Assembly (NCBI GenBank): GCA_002763225.1 | Contig: PFAI01000028.1 | Span: 1 to 37,950, forward strand | Direction: 5' to 3' | Source: Candidatus Diapherotrites archaeon CG10_big_fil_rev_8_21_14_0_10_31_34 | Lineage (GTDB): Archaea; Iainarchaeota; Iainarchaeia; Iainarchaeales; 1-14-0-10-31-34 | Length of the DNA stretch: 37,950 nucleotides | Part shown: in pieces, positions 16,232 through 24,568 of the stretch | Layout: each line of letters begins with the position of its first letter | How positions within the stretch are numbered: the first letter of the stretch is position 1 | The notes under the pieces: generated by a model | Seen by the model: only the letters and a program-made list of their open reading frames with translations | The model's database searches: none | Told to the model about the DNA's origin: nothing | Made by a program: the position numbers and the translations under genes

Positions 16232-16978
16232 TTAGTATCTTTGATTTGATGAACTTTCTCTTCTGTTTGTTGGACCGTCTCTTCTGTCTGAAGTACTGTC
16301 TCTTCTAAGTTGTTTTCCGCCTTTTTTTCCTCTTCTTTTTGCTTCTGCAGTCCTTTTTTCTTTTAGTAATTCTTCTTTTCCTTCTTTTATTTTGTATTCA
16401 AAGTCTTCAACTGTTACTTTGAATTCTTCTTCGTTTTTTATTTCTTTTCTTTCAGTTAAAGTTTTTTTTGCAAGCATCCAGTAAACTAATGCAAGGCTTT
16501 TTCTTCCTTTGTTGTTGACTGGAATAATTAAATCAACATCTTTTGTGTTGTTGTTTGTTGAACATAAGGCTATTATTGGTATTTTCAGTTTTTTTGCTTC
16601 TTTTATTGCCTGAAAATCTGAATCTGGTTCAGTTACAATTAATAAATCTAATTCAAGAAATTTTTTTCCTTCTGGATTAGTAAAGCTTCCTGGAATAAAT
16701 CTTCCAGTTAATGCTTTTCCGCTTGTTGCTTGAGCAAACTGAATTACCGGAGTTTTTCCGTACAATTTTCTTGATGCAACAATTATTTTGTTTTTATCGT
16801 ATTTTGAAATAAATTTTGATGCTATTTCTATTCTTGAGTCAAGTGTTTGAATATCCATTACTTTTAATCCATCATCTCTTCTTTTATAAATATATTTTTT
16901 CATTCCGTCTGTTTTGTATTTTGTTCCAATATGGGCGCCTGTTTTAAGGTATTTTTCTGAGTCAGTACTTTCATTCAT
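16232..16978 (-). CDS. rps2: ribosomal protein S2 (uS2) with Arg/Ser/Asp-rich C-terminal tail
   Basis: LKTGAHIGTKYKTDGMKKYIYKRRDDGLKVMDIQ. Confidence 0.93.
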   Translation of the reverse strand: MNESTDSEKYLKTGAHIGTKYKTDGMKKYIYKRRDDGLKVMDIQTLDSRIEIASKFISKYDKNKIIVASRKLYGKTPVIQFAQATSGKALTGRFIPGSFTNPEGKKFLELDLLIVTEPDSDFQAIKEAKKLKIPIIALCSTNNNTKDVDLIIPVNNKGRKSLALVYWMLAKKTLTERKEIKNEEEFKVTVEDFEYKIKEGKEELLKEKRTAEAKRRGKKGGKQLRRDSTSDRRDGPTNRRESSSNQRY

Positions 16979-16988
16979 TTTTTATCCC

Positions 16989-17183
16989 TCATTTGCTGTA
17001 TTTTATTATATCGTCCATTAAATCTACGTGGCTTAAAAGCATTCTTCTGCAGCAATATCTGTCTATTCCTAAACTGTTTAATATTTCTTCTGCGTTTTCT
17101 CCTTTTGAAACTCTTTTAGCAAATTCTTCGTAATATTCTCCTACAACTTTCCCGCATGAAAAGCATCTTACTGGAATTATCAT
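16989..17183 (-). CDS. rpoN: RNA polymerase subunit N (Rpo10)
   Basis: [20 protein letters not shown]. The start is moved to the Met at 17183, which has GAGGTGA 6 nt upstream. The longer track ORF (to 17270) would overlap rps9. Confidence 0.9.
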   Translation of the reverse strand: MIIPVRCFSCGKVVGEYYEEFAKRVSKGENAEEILNSLGIDRYCCRRMLLSHVDLMDDIIKYSK

Positions 17184-17190
17184 TTTCATT

Positions 17191-17910
17191 TCACCTCTTT
17201 GAGCTCTGCTTCTTTTTTCTTGCTTTTGTTCCCAATGGTTTTTTTGGTTCAACTCTTCTGTGGTCATCAACCATCAATAATCTATCATATTTAATGTATT
17301 TTTCTTTTAGTTTTTTGTCGTTAGTGTATTCAACTATTGCTTTTGCTATTGCGCTTCTTGCTGTTACTGCTTGGCCCATAAAGCCTCCGCCTTTTACATT
17401 GATTTTAATGTCTGTTTCTTTTATTAAATCTCCGGCCAGTTTTATTGGCTCTAAAATCATTTCTTTAACATAATATGGCTGAACAAATTCGATTTTTCTT
17501 TTGTTTAAAGTTATTTTTCCTGTTCCTGTTTTGATTACTGCTCTTCCAATAGCTCTTTTTTTCTTTGATTTAATCATCATTCCATATTTTTTGCTTCTTT
17601 TTGCCTTTTTTTTCTTTTTTTTTGATGGTTCTGTTTCTTCGTCTTCTGTTGCTTTTTCTTTCATTTCCTCAAATTCTTTTTTTATTTCTTCTTTTTTCTT
17701 TTCCTCTTTTTTTTCAACTGGTTTTTCTTTTATTTCTTTTTTATTTTCAGCAGGAATTTCTTTTTTAAGTTCTTTTGTTTTTTCTTGTGTTTCTTTTTTT
17801 TGGGCTTCTTCTTTTTCTTTTTTAACTGGTTCTTTTTTTGTTTCTTCTATTTTTTCATTTGTTTTTGATGAAACTTTTTCTAAAATTTTCTTTTGTTCTG
17901 TTTCAGTCAT
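17191..17910 (-). CDS. rps9: ribosomal protein S9 (uS9) with ~105-aa Lys/Glu-rich N-terminal extension
   Basis: The core [39 protein letters not shown]-end is typical of uS9. The start at 17910 is supported by GGTGA 5 nt upstream, overlapping the rpl13 stop. Confidence 0.9.
   Translation of the reverse strand: MTETEQKKILEKVSSKTNEKIEETKKEPVKKEKEEAQKKETQEKTKELKKEIPAENKKEIKEKPVEKKEEKKKEEIKKEFEEMKEKATEDEETEPSKKKKKKAKRSKKYGMMIKSKKKRAIGRAVIKTGTGKITLNKRKIEFVQPYYVKEMILEPIKLAGDLIKETDIKINVKGGGFMGQAVTARSAIAKAIVEYTNDKKLKEKYIKYDRLLMVDDHRRVEPKKPLGTKARKKKQSSKR
17862..17890 (-). repeat. AT-rich palindromic motif copy (tttttgatgaaactttttctaaaattttc) inside the rps9 N-terminal extension
   Basis: Translated in frame as KILEKVSSK. 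Confidence 0.65.
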
Positions 17911-17914
17911 TTAA

Positions 17915-18343
17915 TCACCATTTTGCTCCAAGCAATTTGCTTATTTCCCCTAATTGAACTGTTTTTTCGTTTGTCTGGCTTTTTGCTTCTTTTATTTCAA
18001 AAAAATCTTTTTTGTTGAATTCTTCTGGTTCTCCAATATAAACTTTAAGTTTTTTTCCTGCTTCTTTTCCTCTTTTGTTTTTTTTGGGAAGCATTCCTGT
18101 TACTGCTTTTTTGAATAATGCATCAGGTCTTCTTGGGTATTTTGGGCCATAATTTGGGTTAGAATGAACTGAAGCATCAACTTTTTTCTTGTATCTGCTT
18201 AAAATAAATTCTTTTGATCCGGTAATTAATACTTTTTCTGCGTTAACTACCTCAATTTTTTCCCCGTTTAAGAGTTTTTCACTTATTTTTGATGCAAGTC
18301 TTCCTAATATGAGTCCTTTTGCGTTTATTATCATTTTATTCAC
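17915..18343 (-). CDS. rpl13: ribosomal protein L13 (uL13)
   Basis: IINAKGLILGRLASKISEKLLNGEKIEVVNAEK. Ends with a TGA stop. Confidence 0.93.
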   Translation of the reverse strand: MNKMIINAKGLILGRLASKISEKLLNGEKIEVVNAEKVLITGSKEFILSRYKKKVDASVHSNPNYGPKYPRRPDALFKKAVTGMLPKKNKRGKEAGKKLKVYIGEPEEFNKKDFFEIKEAKSQTNEKTVQLGEISKLLGAKW

Positions 18344-18709
18344 CTATTTTACCAGCATTAATTCTTTTGCGTCAATTTTGATTGCTTCCTCTAAACTTAA
18401 TACTTTTCCGTTTTTTGCTTTAATTTTTTCTGCTGCTGTTTCAGAGAATTCTAATGCAGCAACATTTAATTGTTTTGTGATTTCTCCTTTTCCCAATACT
18501 TTTCCTGTAACTAAAAAAGTTTTATTTTGGAATTTGTTTGATAATTTTTCTATTTTCCATAAGTTTATGCTTAATCTTTTTCTTCTTGGAGCGTTTATTC
18601 TGTCAGCTACTTCTTTCCATATCTTTTTATTTTTTCCTTCTTTTTTTAGAAAGGAAATTAATTTTTTTGTTTTTTCTTTTGTTGGTCCAGTTCTTTTCAT
18701 TTTTATCAC
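18344..18709 (-). CDS. rpl18e: ribosomal protein L18e (eL18)
   Basis: RTGPTKEKTKKLISFLKK..RINAPRRKRLSINLWKI. Confidence 0.9.
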   Translation of the reverse strand: MIKMKRTGPTKEKTKKLISFLKKEGKNKKIWKEVADRINAPRRKRLSINLWKIEKLSNKFQNKTFLVTGKVLGKGEITKQLNVAALEFSETAAEKIKAKNGKVLSLEEAIKIDAKELMLVK

Positions 18710-18735
18710 TTTATTTTTGGAAATTTTTTATTTTG

Positions 18736-18764
18736 TTTTTGATTAAACTTTTTTCTAAAAGTTT
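18736..18764 (-). repeat. AT-rich palindromic motif copy (tttttgattaaacttttttctaaaagttt)
   Basis: Lies 27-55 nt upstream of the rpl18e start. Confidence 0.75.
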
Positions 18765-18793
18765 TTAGCAGTGTTATTGAAAATAGCACGCTC

Positions 18794-18817
18794 TCTTCGC
18801 GCGAGCAGGCGCGAAGA
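18794..18817 (-). other. GC-rich 9-bp hairpin immediately 3' of tRNA-Leu
   Basis: tcttcgcgc (18794-18802) / gcgcgaaga (18809-18817) with a 6-nt loop. Followed at 18766-18790 by tttagcagtgttat.., which resembles the ttttttgcagtgctat boundary of GC element copy A. Confidence 0.5.
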
Positions 18818-18979
18818 TGCAGGAGGAGAGATTCGAACTCTCGAAGGCACTAAGCCACAGGATCGCTTAAAACATTAAAATAATGTTTTTGCCCAAGCAA
18901 ACTTTTTTGATACAACTTTTTTTCTAAAAAGGTTGTGTTTTCTTAAGTCCTGCCCCGTTGACCGCTTGGGTACCCCTGC
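18818..18979 (-). tRNA. tRNA-Leu(UAA), class II, with 78-nt intron at the canonical 37/38 position (intron 18864..18941); no encoded CCA
   Basis: Manual fold: acceptor GCAGGGG/CTCCTGC, anticodon stem CAGGA/TCCTG, loop CTTAAGA, long variable arm, T-arm GAGAG-TTCGAAT-CTCTC. A canonical bulge-helix-bulge motif is present: outer helix AAACA/UGUUU, bulge AGA, central helix CUUA/UAAG, bulge CGA. Confidence 0.9.
18903..18936 (-). repeat. AT-rich palindromic motif copy (ttttttgatacaactttttttctaaaaaggttgt) inside the tRNA-Leu intron
   Basis: Same motif, with arms changed to caac/gttg. Confidence 0.7.
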
Positions 18980-18985
18980 ATTATA

Positions 18986-19558
18986 CTATTTTGTGCTTAA
19001 TGCTTTTCTTAACCCTTCTGTTTTTTCTTTTATTTCTTGTGCTGCTTGAATTAAGATTTCTTTGGGTTCCATACCTCCAAATGATTCTAAATTTATTGTG
19101 AATAAATCTTTATCGTAATTATAGCTTAGTACTCCTGAAATCCATTTTGTGTGGGTTTTTCCTGAATCAACTACTGCATCCATTTCTGCTTTTAGTTTTT
19201 GACCTTTCCCTAGTTTTAATATTGGAATTTTTTTGTCTACTACTTCTATTTTTGGGTCAGTGCTTCTCACGTCTTTTGAGTAAACTGTACAAGGCCCTTC
19301 TTTTTCTATCATTAATGTCACTTTGTCTTTTGTTTTGTATGTTTTTGGGTCTCCTTGAATTGGAAGCATTCCCATTCTGTGTGAAAGCATTTCATTGAAC
19401 ATTACTGAAGTGTTTTCATAAATATTTATTGAGTCTACTGCAAAGCTTTTAACATTTGTTTGAATTGCTCTTCTTATGCCGTTTACAAATGCAGGGTTAG
19501 TGCCTTTTAATTGGAATTTTATTTTTCTATCCCCTTTTTTTATTTGTTTTATTTCCAT
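18986..19558 (-). CDS. rpoD: RNA polymerase subunit D (Rpo3), short form
   Basis: AFVNGIRRAI and MLSHRMGMLPI motifs. Conserved S13-S4-S11-RpoD order. Confidence 0.9.
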   Translation of the reverse strand: MEIKQIKKGDRKIKFQLKGTNPAFVNGIRRAIQTNVKSFAVDSINIYENTSVMFNEMLSHRMGMLPIQGDPKTYKTKDKVTLMIEKEGPCTVYSKDVRSTDPKIEVVDKKIPILKLGKGQKLKAEMDAVVDSGKTHTKWISGVLSYNYDKDLFTINLESFGGMEPKEILIQAAQEIKEKTEGLRKALSTK

Positions 19559-19569
19559 TCAATCACCAA

Positions 19570-19953
19570 CTACTTTTTCTTTCCTCTAAATCTTTTCTTT
19601 TTTCTGCATCCATTGTGTGGCAGTGGAGTAACATTTTCTATTGTTCTTATTCTTAATCCTGCTCTTGTTAAACTTCTTATTGCTGCTTCTGCTCCTTGTC
19701 CAGGGTTTTTTGATCTTATTCCCCCTTGACCTCTTACTTTAACTATTACTTCTGTTATTGATTTTTCTTTTGCTTTGTCTGCTACTATTTCTGCTACTTT
19801 CATTGCAGCATAAGGGGATCCTTCTTTGTGTTGTGCTTTTACTACTACTCCTCCGGAACATTGTGCTATTGTTTCTTGTCCTGTAATATCAGTCAATAAA
19901 ATTATTGTGTTATTATGTGATGCATAAATATGAATTATTCCTTTTTTGCTCAT
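19570..19953 (-). CDS. rps11: ribosomal protein S11 (uS11)
   Basis: GIIHIYASHNNTIILLTDITG..PHNGCRKKK. Confidence 0.94.
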   Translation of the reverse strand: MSKKGIIHIYASHNNTIILLTDITGQETIAQCSGGVVVKAQHKEGSPYAAMKVAEIVADKAKEKSITEVIVKVRGQGGIRSKNPGQGAEAAIRSLTRAGLRIRTIENVTPLPHNGCRKKKRFRGKKK

Positions 19954-20720
19954 TTTTTGTCTCCCTCTTTAGGTTTTTCTTCAGTTTTTTGCTCTTTTTT
20001 TTCTATTGGCTTTTCTTCAACTTTTTTCTCTTCTTTAACTGGTTTTTCTGTTTTCTTTTCTTCTTTTTTTTCATCAATTTTTTCTTTTTTGATTTCTTTT
20101 GGTTTTTCTTTTACTTCAACTTTTTCTTTTTTTTCAATTGGAGTTCCTTTTTTCTTTTCTTCGATTTTAAAAACTTTTTCTTCAAAAGAGGATTGTTTAA
20201 AATCTTTTTTGATTTCTTTTGTTGGTTTTTCTGTTGTAAGTTTTAATGCTTTTTTGTAGTAAGTTATTTTGCTTTCTTCTTCTGCTTTAACTATACATGA
20301 AGGGGTTTTTACTTTTTTTCCGTTTATTGCAATATGCCCGTGTACAATAAATTGTCTTGCTTGTTTTGGGGTGTTTGCCATTCCTTTTCTCCAAATAATT
20401 GTTTCAAGTCTTCTTTCAAGGAATTCTTCTATTTTTAATCCTAATACATCATCTAATATCGCGTTTCCTTTTAGTATTCCTATTGCTTTTAGGCTGTCAA
20501 GCAATTCTTTTTCTCTTTTGAGTCTTTTTTCTAATTCTAATGCTAATAGTTTTCTTGCATTCTGTCTTTTCTTTTTTAGCATTTTTTCTGTCATCCAAAG
20601 CTCTTTTTTGTTTTTTAATCCATAGTCTTCTTTTAATTTTCTTTCTTCTTCTAGCCTTGTGCTATCCCAAGGTTTTCTTGGTCTGCTAAATTTACTTTTT
20701 AATTTCTTTGGATCTCCCAT
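19950..20720 (-). CDS. rps4: ribosomal protein S4 (uS4) with ~90-aa Lys/Glu-rich C-terminal extension
   Basis: MGDPKKLKSKFSRPRKPWD and the S4 domain RLETIIWRKGMANTPKQARQFIVHGHIAINGKKV. Confidence 0.93.
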   Translation of the reverse strand: MGDPKKLKSKFSRPRKPWDSTRLEEERKLKEDYGLKNKKELWMTEKMLKKKRQNARKLLALELEKRLKREKELLDSLKAIGILKGNAILDDVLGLKIEEFLERRLETIIWRKGMANTPKQARQFIVHGHIAINGKKVKTPSCIVKAEEESKITYYKKALKLTTEKPTKEIKKDFKQSSFEEKVFKIEEKKKGTPIEKKEKVEVKEKPKEIKKEKIDEKKEEKKTEKPVKEEKKVEEKPIEKKEQKTEEKPKEGDKK

Positions 20721-20730
20721 TGTTATTCAC

Positions 20731-21198
20731 CTATTTTTTTGCATCCTTTTTTTGTACTCCTACTGCTGGTCCTTTTCCTCTATGAGTTGATTTTGTTTTT
20801 TGTCCTCTTACTGTTAACCCCCAGCCTCTTCTTAGTCCTCTGTAACTTTTTATTTTGCTCATTCTTTGATGGATGTTTCTTTCATCAAAATCTAAATCTG
20901 CCATTATTAAGTGTTTGTCTTCTCCTGTGTCATATTCTTTTTGTCTGTTTAAGTTCCATAAAGGAACCTTGAATTTTTCCGGGTTTAATACAATTTCTTC
21001 TAATTTTTTGTCTTTGTCTTCTGGTAATTCTCCCATTTTTGAATCCCATTTTATTCCTGTTTCTTTTTCAAACATTTTGGCTATAATTTTTGCTATTCTG
21101 TGGCTTACCCCTTTTATTTCCATTAATGCTTTTGGGATTTTTGATTTTCCATTTAAATCTTTGTTTGCTATTCTTACTATTAATCTTAATTCTGCCAT
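20731..21198 (-). CDS. rps13: ribosomal protein S13 (uS13)
   Basis: RLIVRIANKDLNGKSKIPKALMEIKGV..YRGLRRGWGLTVRGQKTK. Confidence 0.94.
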   Translation of the reverse strand: MAELRLIVRIANKDLNGKSKIPKALMEIKGVSHRIAKIIAKMFEKETGIKWDSKMGELPEDKDKKLEEIVLNPEKFKVPLWNLNRQKEYDTGEDKHLIMADLDFDERNIHQRMSKIKSYRGLRRGWGLTVRGQKTKSTHRGKGPAVGVQKKDAKK

Positions 21199-21202
21199 TT
21201 AA

Positions 21203-21379
21203 TTACACCTTTTTTATTTCTTTTGTCGGATACAAATGCCTGATGTTTATTTTTCCTTTTTTTACTTCTTTTCCTTCTACAAAAGCATAGTTTCCTTTAA
21301 CTGAAGTTACAACTACTTTTTTTCCTGTTTTTCTTCCTTTTCTTATAATACATATTCTGCCTGAATCAATTAACTGCAT
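21203..21379 (-). CDS. rpl14e: ribosomal protein L14e (eL14), 58 aa; not in the ORF track
   Basis: Manual translation gives MQLIDSGRICIIRKGRKTGKKVVVTSVKGNYAFVEGKEVKKGKINIRHLYPTKEIKKV, a KOW-like GRICIIRKGRKTGK. Expected position after cmk. Confidence 0.8.
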   Translation of the reverse strand: MQLIDSGRICIIRKGRKTGKKVVVTSVKGNYAFVEGKEVKKGKINIRHLYPTKEIKKV

Positions 21380-21383
21380 AATA

Positions 21384-21896
21384 TCACTCTTTGTGCATTT
21401 TCTCCAAATATTTTTTTATTATTCCAATTATACTGTCTTGTTCTAGTTTGTCAATGTTTACAACTAAATCATAAACTTGTAAATCATAAATATTTATTCC
21501 ATAATTATTCAAAAAACTTTTTTCTTGTTCTCTTTCTTTCATTTCAATTGAGTCTATTGCTTCTCTCATTGGAATTTTTTGTTTTTCTGAAATTGTTTTT
21601 GCCCTTATTTTTTTATAGGATTTCAAAAAAACTTTTAAATCTGCATTATTTATTGTCCATGCTCCTAATGTATGGTCAATTATTATATCGTTTTTTTTGG
21701 CTTCTTGTTCTATTATTTGTTTTATTTTTTCAGTGAATTCTTCTTCTTTTATTTTTTCTATTGGCAAGTTTGTTTCTACTGCAATTCTTTTTTTTATTTC
21801 ATTAGCTGAAAAATATCTTAATCCTACTTGTAATGCCAGCAATTTGCTTAGTTCTTTTGTTTCTGTTCCTGGAAAGCTTGTTATTGTTATAATCAT
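21384..21896 (-). CDS. archaeal cytidylate kinase-like protein with divergent Walker A
   Basis: Position (L34e-cmk-L14e) and length fit archaeal Cmk. However, the N-terminus ITITSFPGTETKE replaces the expected ITISGxPGSGKST P-loop. Confidence 0.55.
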   Translation of the reverse strand: MIITITSFPGTETKELSKLLALQVGLRYFSANEIKKRIAVETNLPIEKIKEEEFTEKIKQIIEQEAKKNDIIIDHTLGAWTINNADLKVFLKSYKKIRAKTISEKQKIPMREAIDSIEMKEREQEKSFLNNYGINIYDLQVYDLVVNIDKLEQDSIIGIIKKYLEKMHKE

Positions 21897-22234
21897 TTTA
21901 TCATCTCAATCATTTGTTTTACATAGTTTTTTGTTTTTAGTTCCAAGTCTTGTTCTTTTTTTTCTTTTGAAATTATTTTTATTGCTTCATCTGTTATTTG
22001 TGTTCTGCATTTTGAACATAACATTCCTCCAAATGCTACTGAAGGCCTTTTTTGTGTTTTGCTTAGCTTACTTATTTTTCCAATTGATTTTGAGTGTGGT
22101 GTTCCATGCAGTACGTTTTTGCATAATGCACATGCATGCTTTGCTTTTTTTTCTTTGGTGTAATACGCCTTGCTTTTTCCTTTAATGCTTTTTCTAAATT
22201 TTTTTTTCTTGTTTTTGTCTTTTGGTTGAGTCAT
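21893..22234 (-). CDS. rpl34e: ribosomal protein L34e (eL34)
   Basis: Zinc-type CALCKNVLHG..LCSKC and a basic N-terminus. Confidence 0.88.
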   Translation of the reverse strand: MTQPKDKNKKKKFRKSIKGKSKAYYTKEKKAKHACALCKNVLHGTPHSKSIGKISKLSKTQKRPSVAFGGMLCSKCRTQITDEAIKIISKEKKEQDLELKTKNYVKQMIEMIK

Positions 22235-22247
22235 AAAATCCCTTTGT

Positions 22248-22703
22248 TTATTTCATTTCACTTTTTTCTACTGCTTTCATTATTAAATTAAATACAATGC
22301 TGAATCCAATGCTTGAAATAATATACCATACAATGTGCGGCGGAAAGAAAAATTGCGGCACAATCCAGCCAAATACATTAAATGTTTCTTCTTTGTATGC
22401 ACTTACAAATAAATAAAATATTGGAATTATCACTATAAAGGATGCAATCATGAATTTTTGCATTCCTTTAAACATTTCTTTCATGTCATGCATTAATTCC
22501 ATATTTAATTTTTCTGCTTCTTTTTTTGATTGTTCATCTCCTTTACTCATTAATTCTTTTAATTTTTTTTGTTTTTCTTTCATGCCATCTTGTTTTGCTT
22601 TTTGTGCTTTTTTGTCCATTAATTTTCTTTGCAATGCCTGAGAGATTACCCCTACAAGTATTGCAAGAAGAGTTATGTCTATTACTGCACTAAATACAAC
22701 CAT
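22248..22703 (-). CDS. DUF106/EMC3-like membrane protein (archaeal YidC/Oxa1-like insertase family)
   Basis: TM1, then a Lys/Glu coiled-coil (KKAQKAKQDGMKEKQKKLKELM), then two TM helices. Conserved position downstream of secY. Confidence 0.7.
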   Translation of the reverse strand: MVVFSAVIDITLLAILVGVISQALQRKLMDKKAQKAKQDGMKEKQKKLKELMSKGDEQSKKEAEKLNMELMHDMKEMFKGMQKFMIASFIVIIPIFYLFVSAYKEETFNVFGWIVPQFFFPPHIVWYIISSIGFSIVFNLIMKAVEKSEMK

Positions 22704-22793
22704 AAAAAATTCACTTTAAAAAATTTAATTAAAATCACGTAAAAAAGGTTTAACACTTATTATTTTATTTAACATCATAGTTTTAAACCTTGT

Positions 22794-24149
22794 TTAACCC
22801 CCAAATAATTTTTTCATTAATGGATTTGTTTCCATTAACTGTTGTTTTGCTAATTCTTCGTATAATCTGTAAACAATTCCTACTGTCAGTAAGATTCCTG
22901 TCCCTGATCCTAATGCACTTGTTAAATCTGCTAATCCTGCTAATAATCCGACAAAAATTGAACCTAAAATGGTGATTGGAGGAATATATCTGTTTAAAAT
23001 GCTTTTAATTATTCTTGGGTCTCTTCTGAATCCAGGAATATACATTCCTGATTTGCTTAACTGGTTGCTTACTGCTTCTGGTCCTTGTCCTCCCATTTCA
23101 ACCCAAAATCTTCCAAATACCACACAAGCTAATAATAAAATAATCAAATAAACTATTGCATGGAATATTTTTGGTAATGCAGCACTTAATCCTGAATAAG
23201 CCAGTGTTTCAATTAAATCATATGGTACTGTTACATAAAATGCAATTGTTTTCATTATTGGTCCAATAAATTCTCCTATAAAAGGTATTCCTGGAGAAAT
23301 TATTGCCCATAACTGTATGTTTGCAAATAATGCTACAGCTAAAATAACTGGAATATTTGAAACATATAATAATTTTACAGGAAATCTTCCTCCTGTTCCT
23401 CTTCGCCCCATTGTAATTGGAATATTTACATGCATTCCTTCAGCATAAACTACTACAAAGAATACTGTTAATGTTGCAATTACTGGCAGCAGCATTAAAA
23501 AATTTATTCCTGTTGCAAAAGAAGCAATAAACTGCCAGATTATTCCTGTTGCCTGCCCTGCGCTTTCCGGAGTTCCAATTGCAAAAGCTCTCCAGAAAAT
23601 TGATTCTGATACTCCTCCTGCAATAAACAATCCAATTCCTGAACCTATTCCATATTTTGATACTACTTCATCTAAATACAATAATATAATTGAACCAAAT
23701 GCAACCTGAAGTATTACAAATCCAGCCATTCCTTCTGATGGTAAAAGCATTCCTGAAATAGTGTAAACTCCTGCTTCAAAAAAACATAAAACTACTGCAA
23801 ACAGTTTTTGTAAACCAGAAAATCTTGCTTTATCTTTTGGATTTGATAAATCAATATTAATTAGTTTTCCTCCTACAAGCAGCTGAAGAATGATTGAAGC
23901 CAAAACAATTGGGCCGATTCCAACAGTAATTAATGTCCCGATTTTTGAAGCCAAAATTACCTGTAAATTAGTTAGAGCTCCTGCAGATGACGGGTTTATC
24001 CCGATTACTGCAATGTTTCCCATTACAAAAAACAAAACTAAAGCTAATGCACTCCAAAGCATTTTTTTCTTTAATGGGGGAGCTATTTCTGGGACTTTAA
24101 CTTCTGGCAGCATTCTGTAAACAGGCTCTAGTATATCTAGAATACTCAT
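22794..24149 (-). CDS. secY: preprotein translocase subunit SecY
   Basis: 451 aa, ten TM segments, GIGPIV.ASIILQLL and GTGILLTVGI motifs. Confidence 0.95.
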   Translation of the reverse strand: MSILDILEPVYRMLPEVKVPEIAPPLKKKMLWSALALVLFFVMGNIAVIGINPSSAGALTNLQVILASKIGTLITVGIGPIVLASIILQLLVGGKLINIDLSNPKDKARFSGLQKLFAVVLCFFEAGVYTISGMLLPSEGMAGFVILQVAFGSIILLYLDEVVSKYGIGSGIGLFIAGGVSESIFWRAFAIGTPESAGQATGIIWQFIASFATGINFLMLLPVIATLTVFFVVVYAEGMHVNIPITMGRRGTGGRFPVKLLYVSNIPVILAVALFANIQLWAIISPGIPFIGEFIGPIMKTIAFYVTVPYDLIETLAYSGLSAALPKIFHAIVYLIILLLACVVFGRFWVEMGGQGPEAVSNQLSKSGMYIPGFRRDPRIIKSILNRYIPPITILGSIFVGLLAGLADLTSALGSGTGILLTVGIVYRLYEELAKQQLMETNPLMKKLFGG

Positions 24150-24559
24150 TTAATTTTGCCCCCTAATTCTTCTATTTTTTCTTTTGCTTTTTCTACTGCC
24201 TTAACATTTGTTGTTTCAATTTTAATTGTTGTTTGGCCTCTTCCAAGGATTTTGTCTAACCCGCATTTTTTTCCATCTACTATAAAAACATCATTATTTT
24301 TTTCAACTAATTTTTTTTCTAGTTTTTTGTTTAAATATTTTTCTAAATCAGCTATATTTACTGCGTCTCCTTTTTGTTTTGGCTTTAATCTGATTTTTAC
24401 TCCGAATTCAGTGTAATATTTGCTGAATTTGTGTTTATGGCTTCCGGCTTTTCCTACTCCTCCTCTGACTCCTGCTCCTCTTCTGTTTTTCGTGTCTCCT
24501 TTTCCATGAGATCTTTGTCCTCTGAGCTTGTTTGTTTTTTTCTGTCTTCTTACAACCAT
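24146..24559 (-). CDS. rpl15: ribosomal protein L15 (uL15)
   Basis: RGQRSHGKGDTKNRRGAGVRGGVGKAGSHKH. Confidence 0.93.
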   Translation of the reverse strand: MVVRRQKKTNKLRGQRSHGKGDTKNRRGAGVRGGVGKAGSHKHKFSKYYTEFGVKIRLKPKQKGDAVNIADLEKYLNKKLEKKLVEKNNDVFIVDGKKCGLDKILGRGQTTIKIETTNVKAVEKAKEKIEELGGKIK

Positions 24560-24568
24560 TTTTACACC

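Noticed and set aside
17184-17270. Long form of the rpoN ORF (93 aa) overlapping the end of rps9
   Set aside because: Canonical RpoN begins MIIPVRCF. The Met at 17183 has GAGGTGA at the right spacing. The upstream 29 codons are just the rps9 3' end read in another frame.
18864-18941. Possibility that the tRNA-Leu intron encodes a homing endonuclease or a box C/D guide RNA
   Set aside because: The 78-nt intron has no ORF. I see no RUGAUGA/CUGA box pair in a K-turn arrangement.
22704-22793. Possible remnant of adk, or a further AT-motif copy (22712..22737), between secY and the DUF106 gene
   Set aside because: 90 nt is too short for any adk remnant. The motif resemblance (cactttaaaaaatttaattaaaatca) is weak and cannot be separated from AT-rich background.
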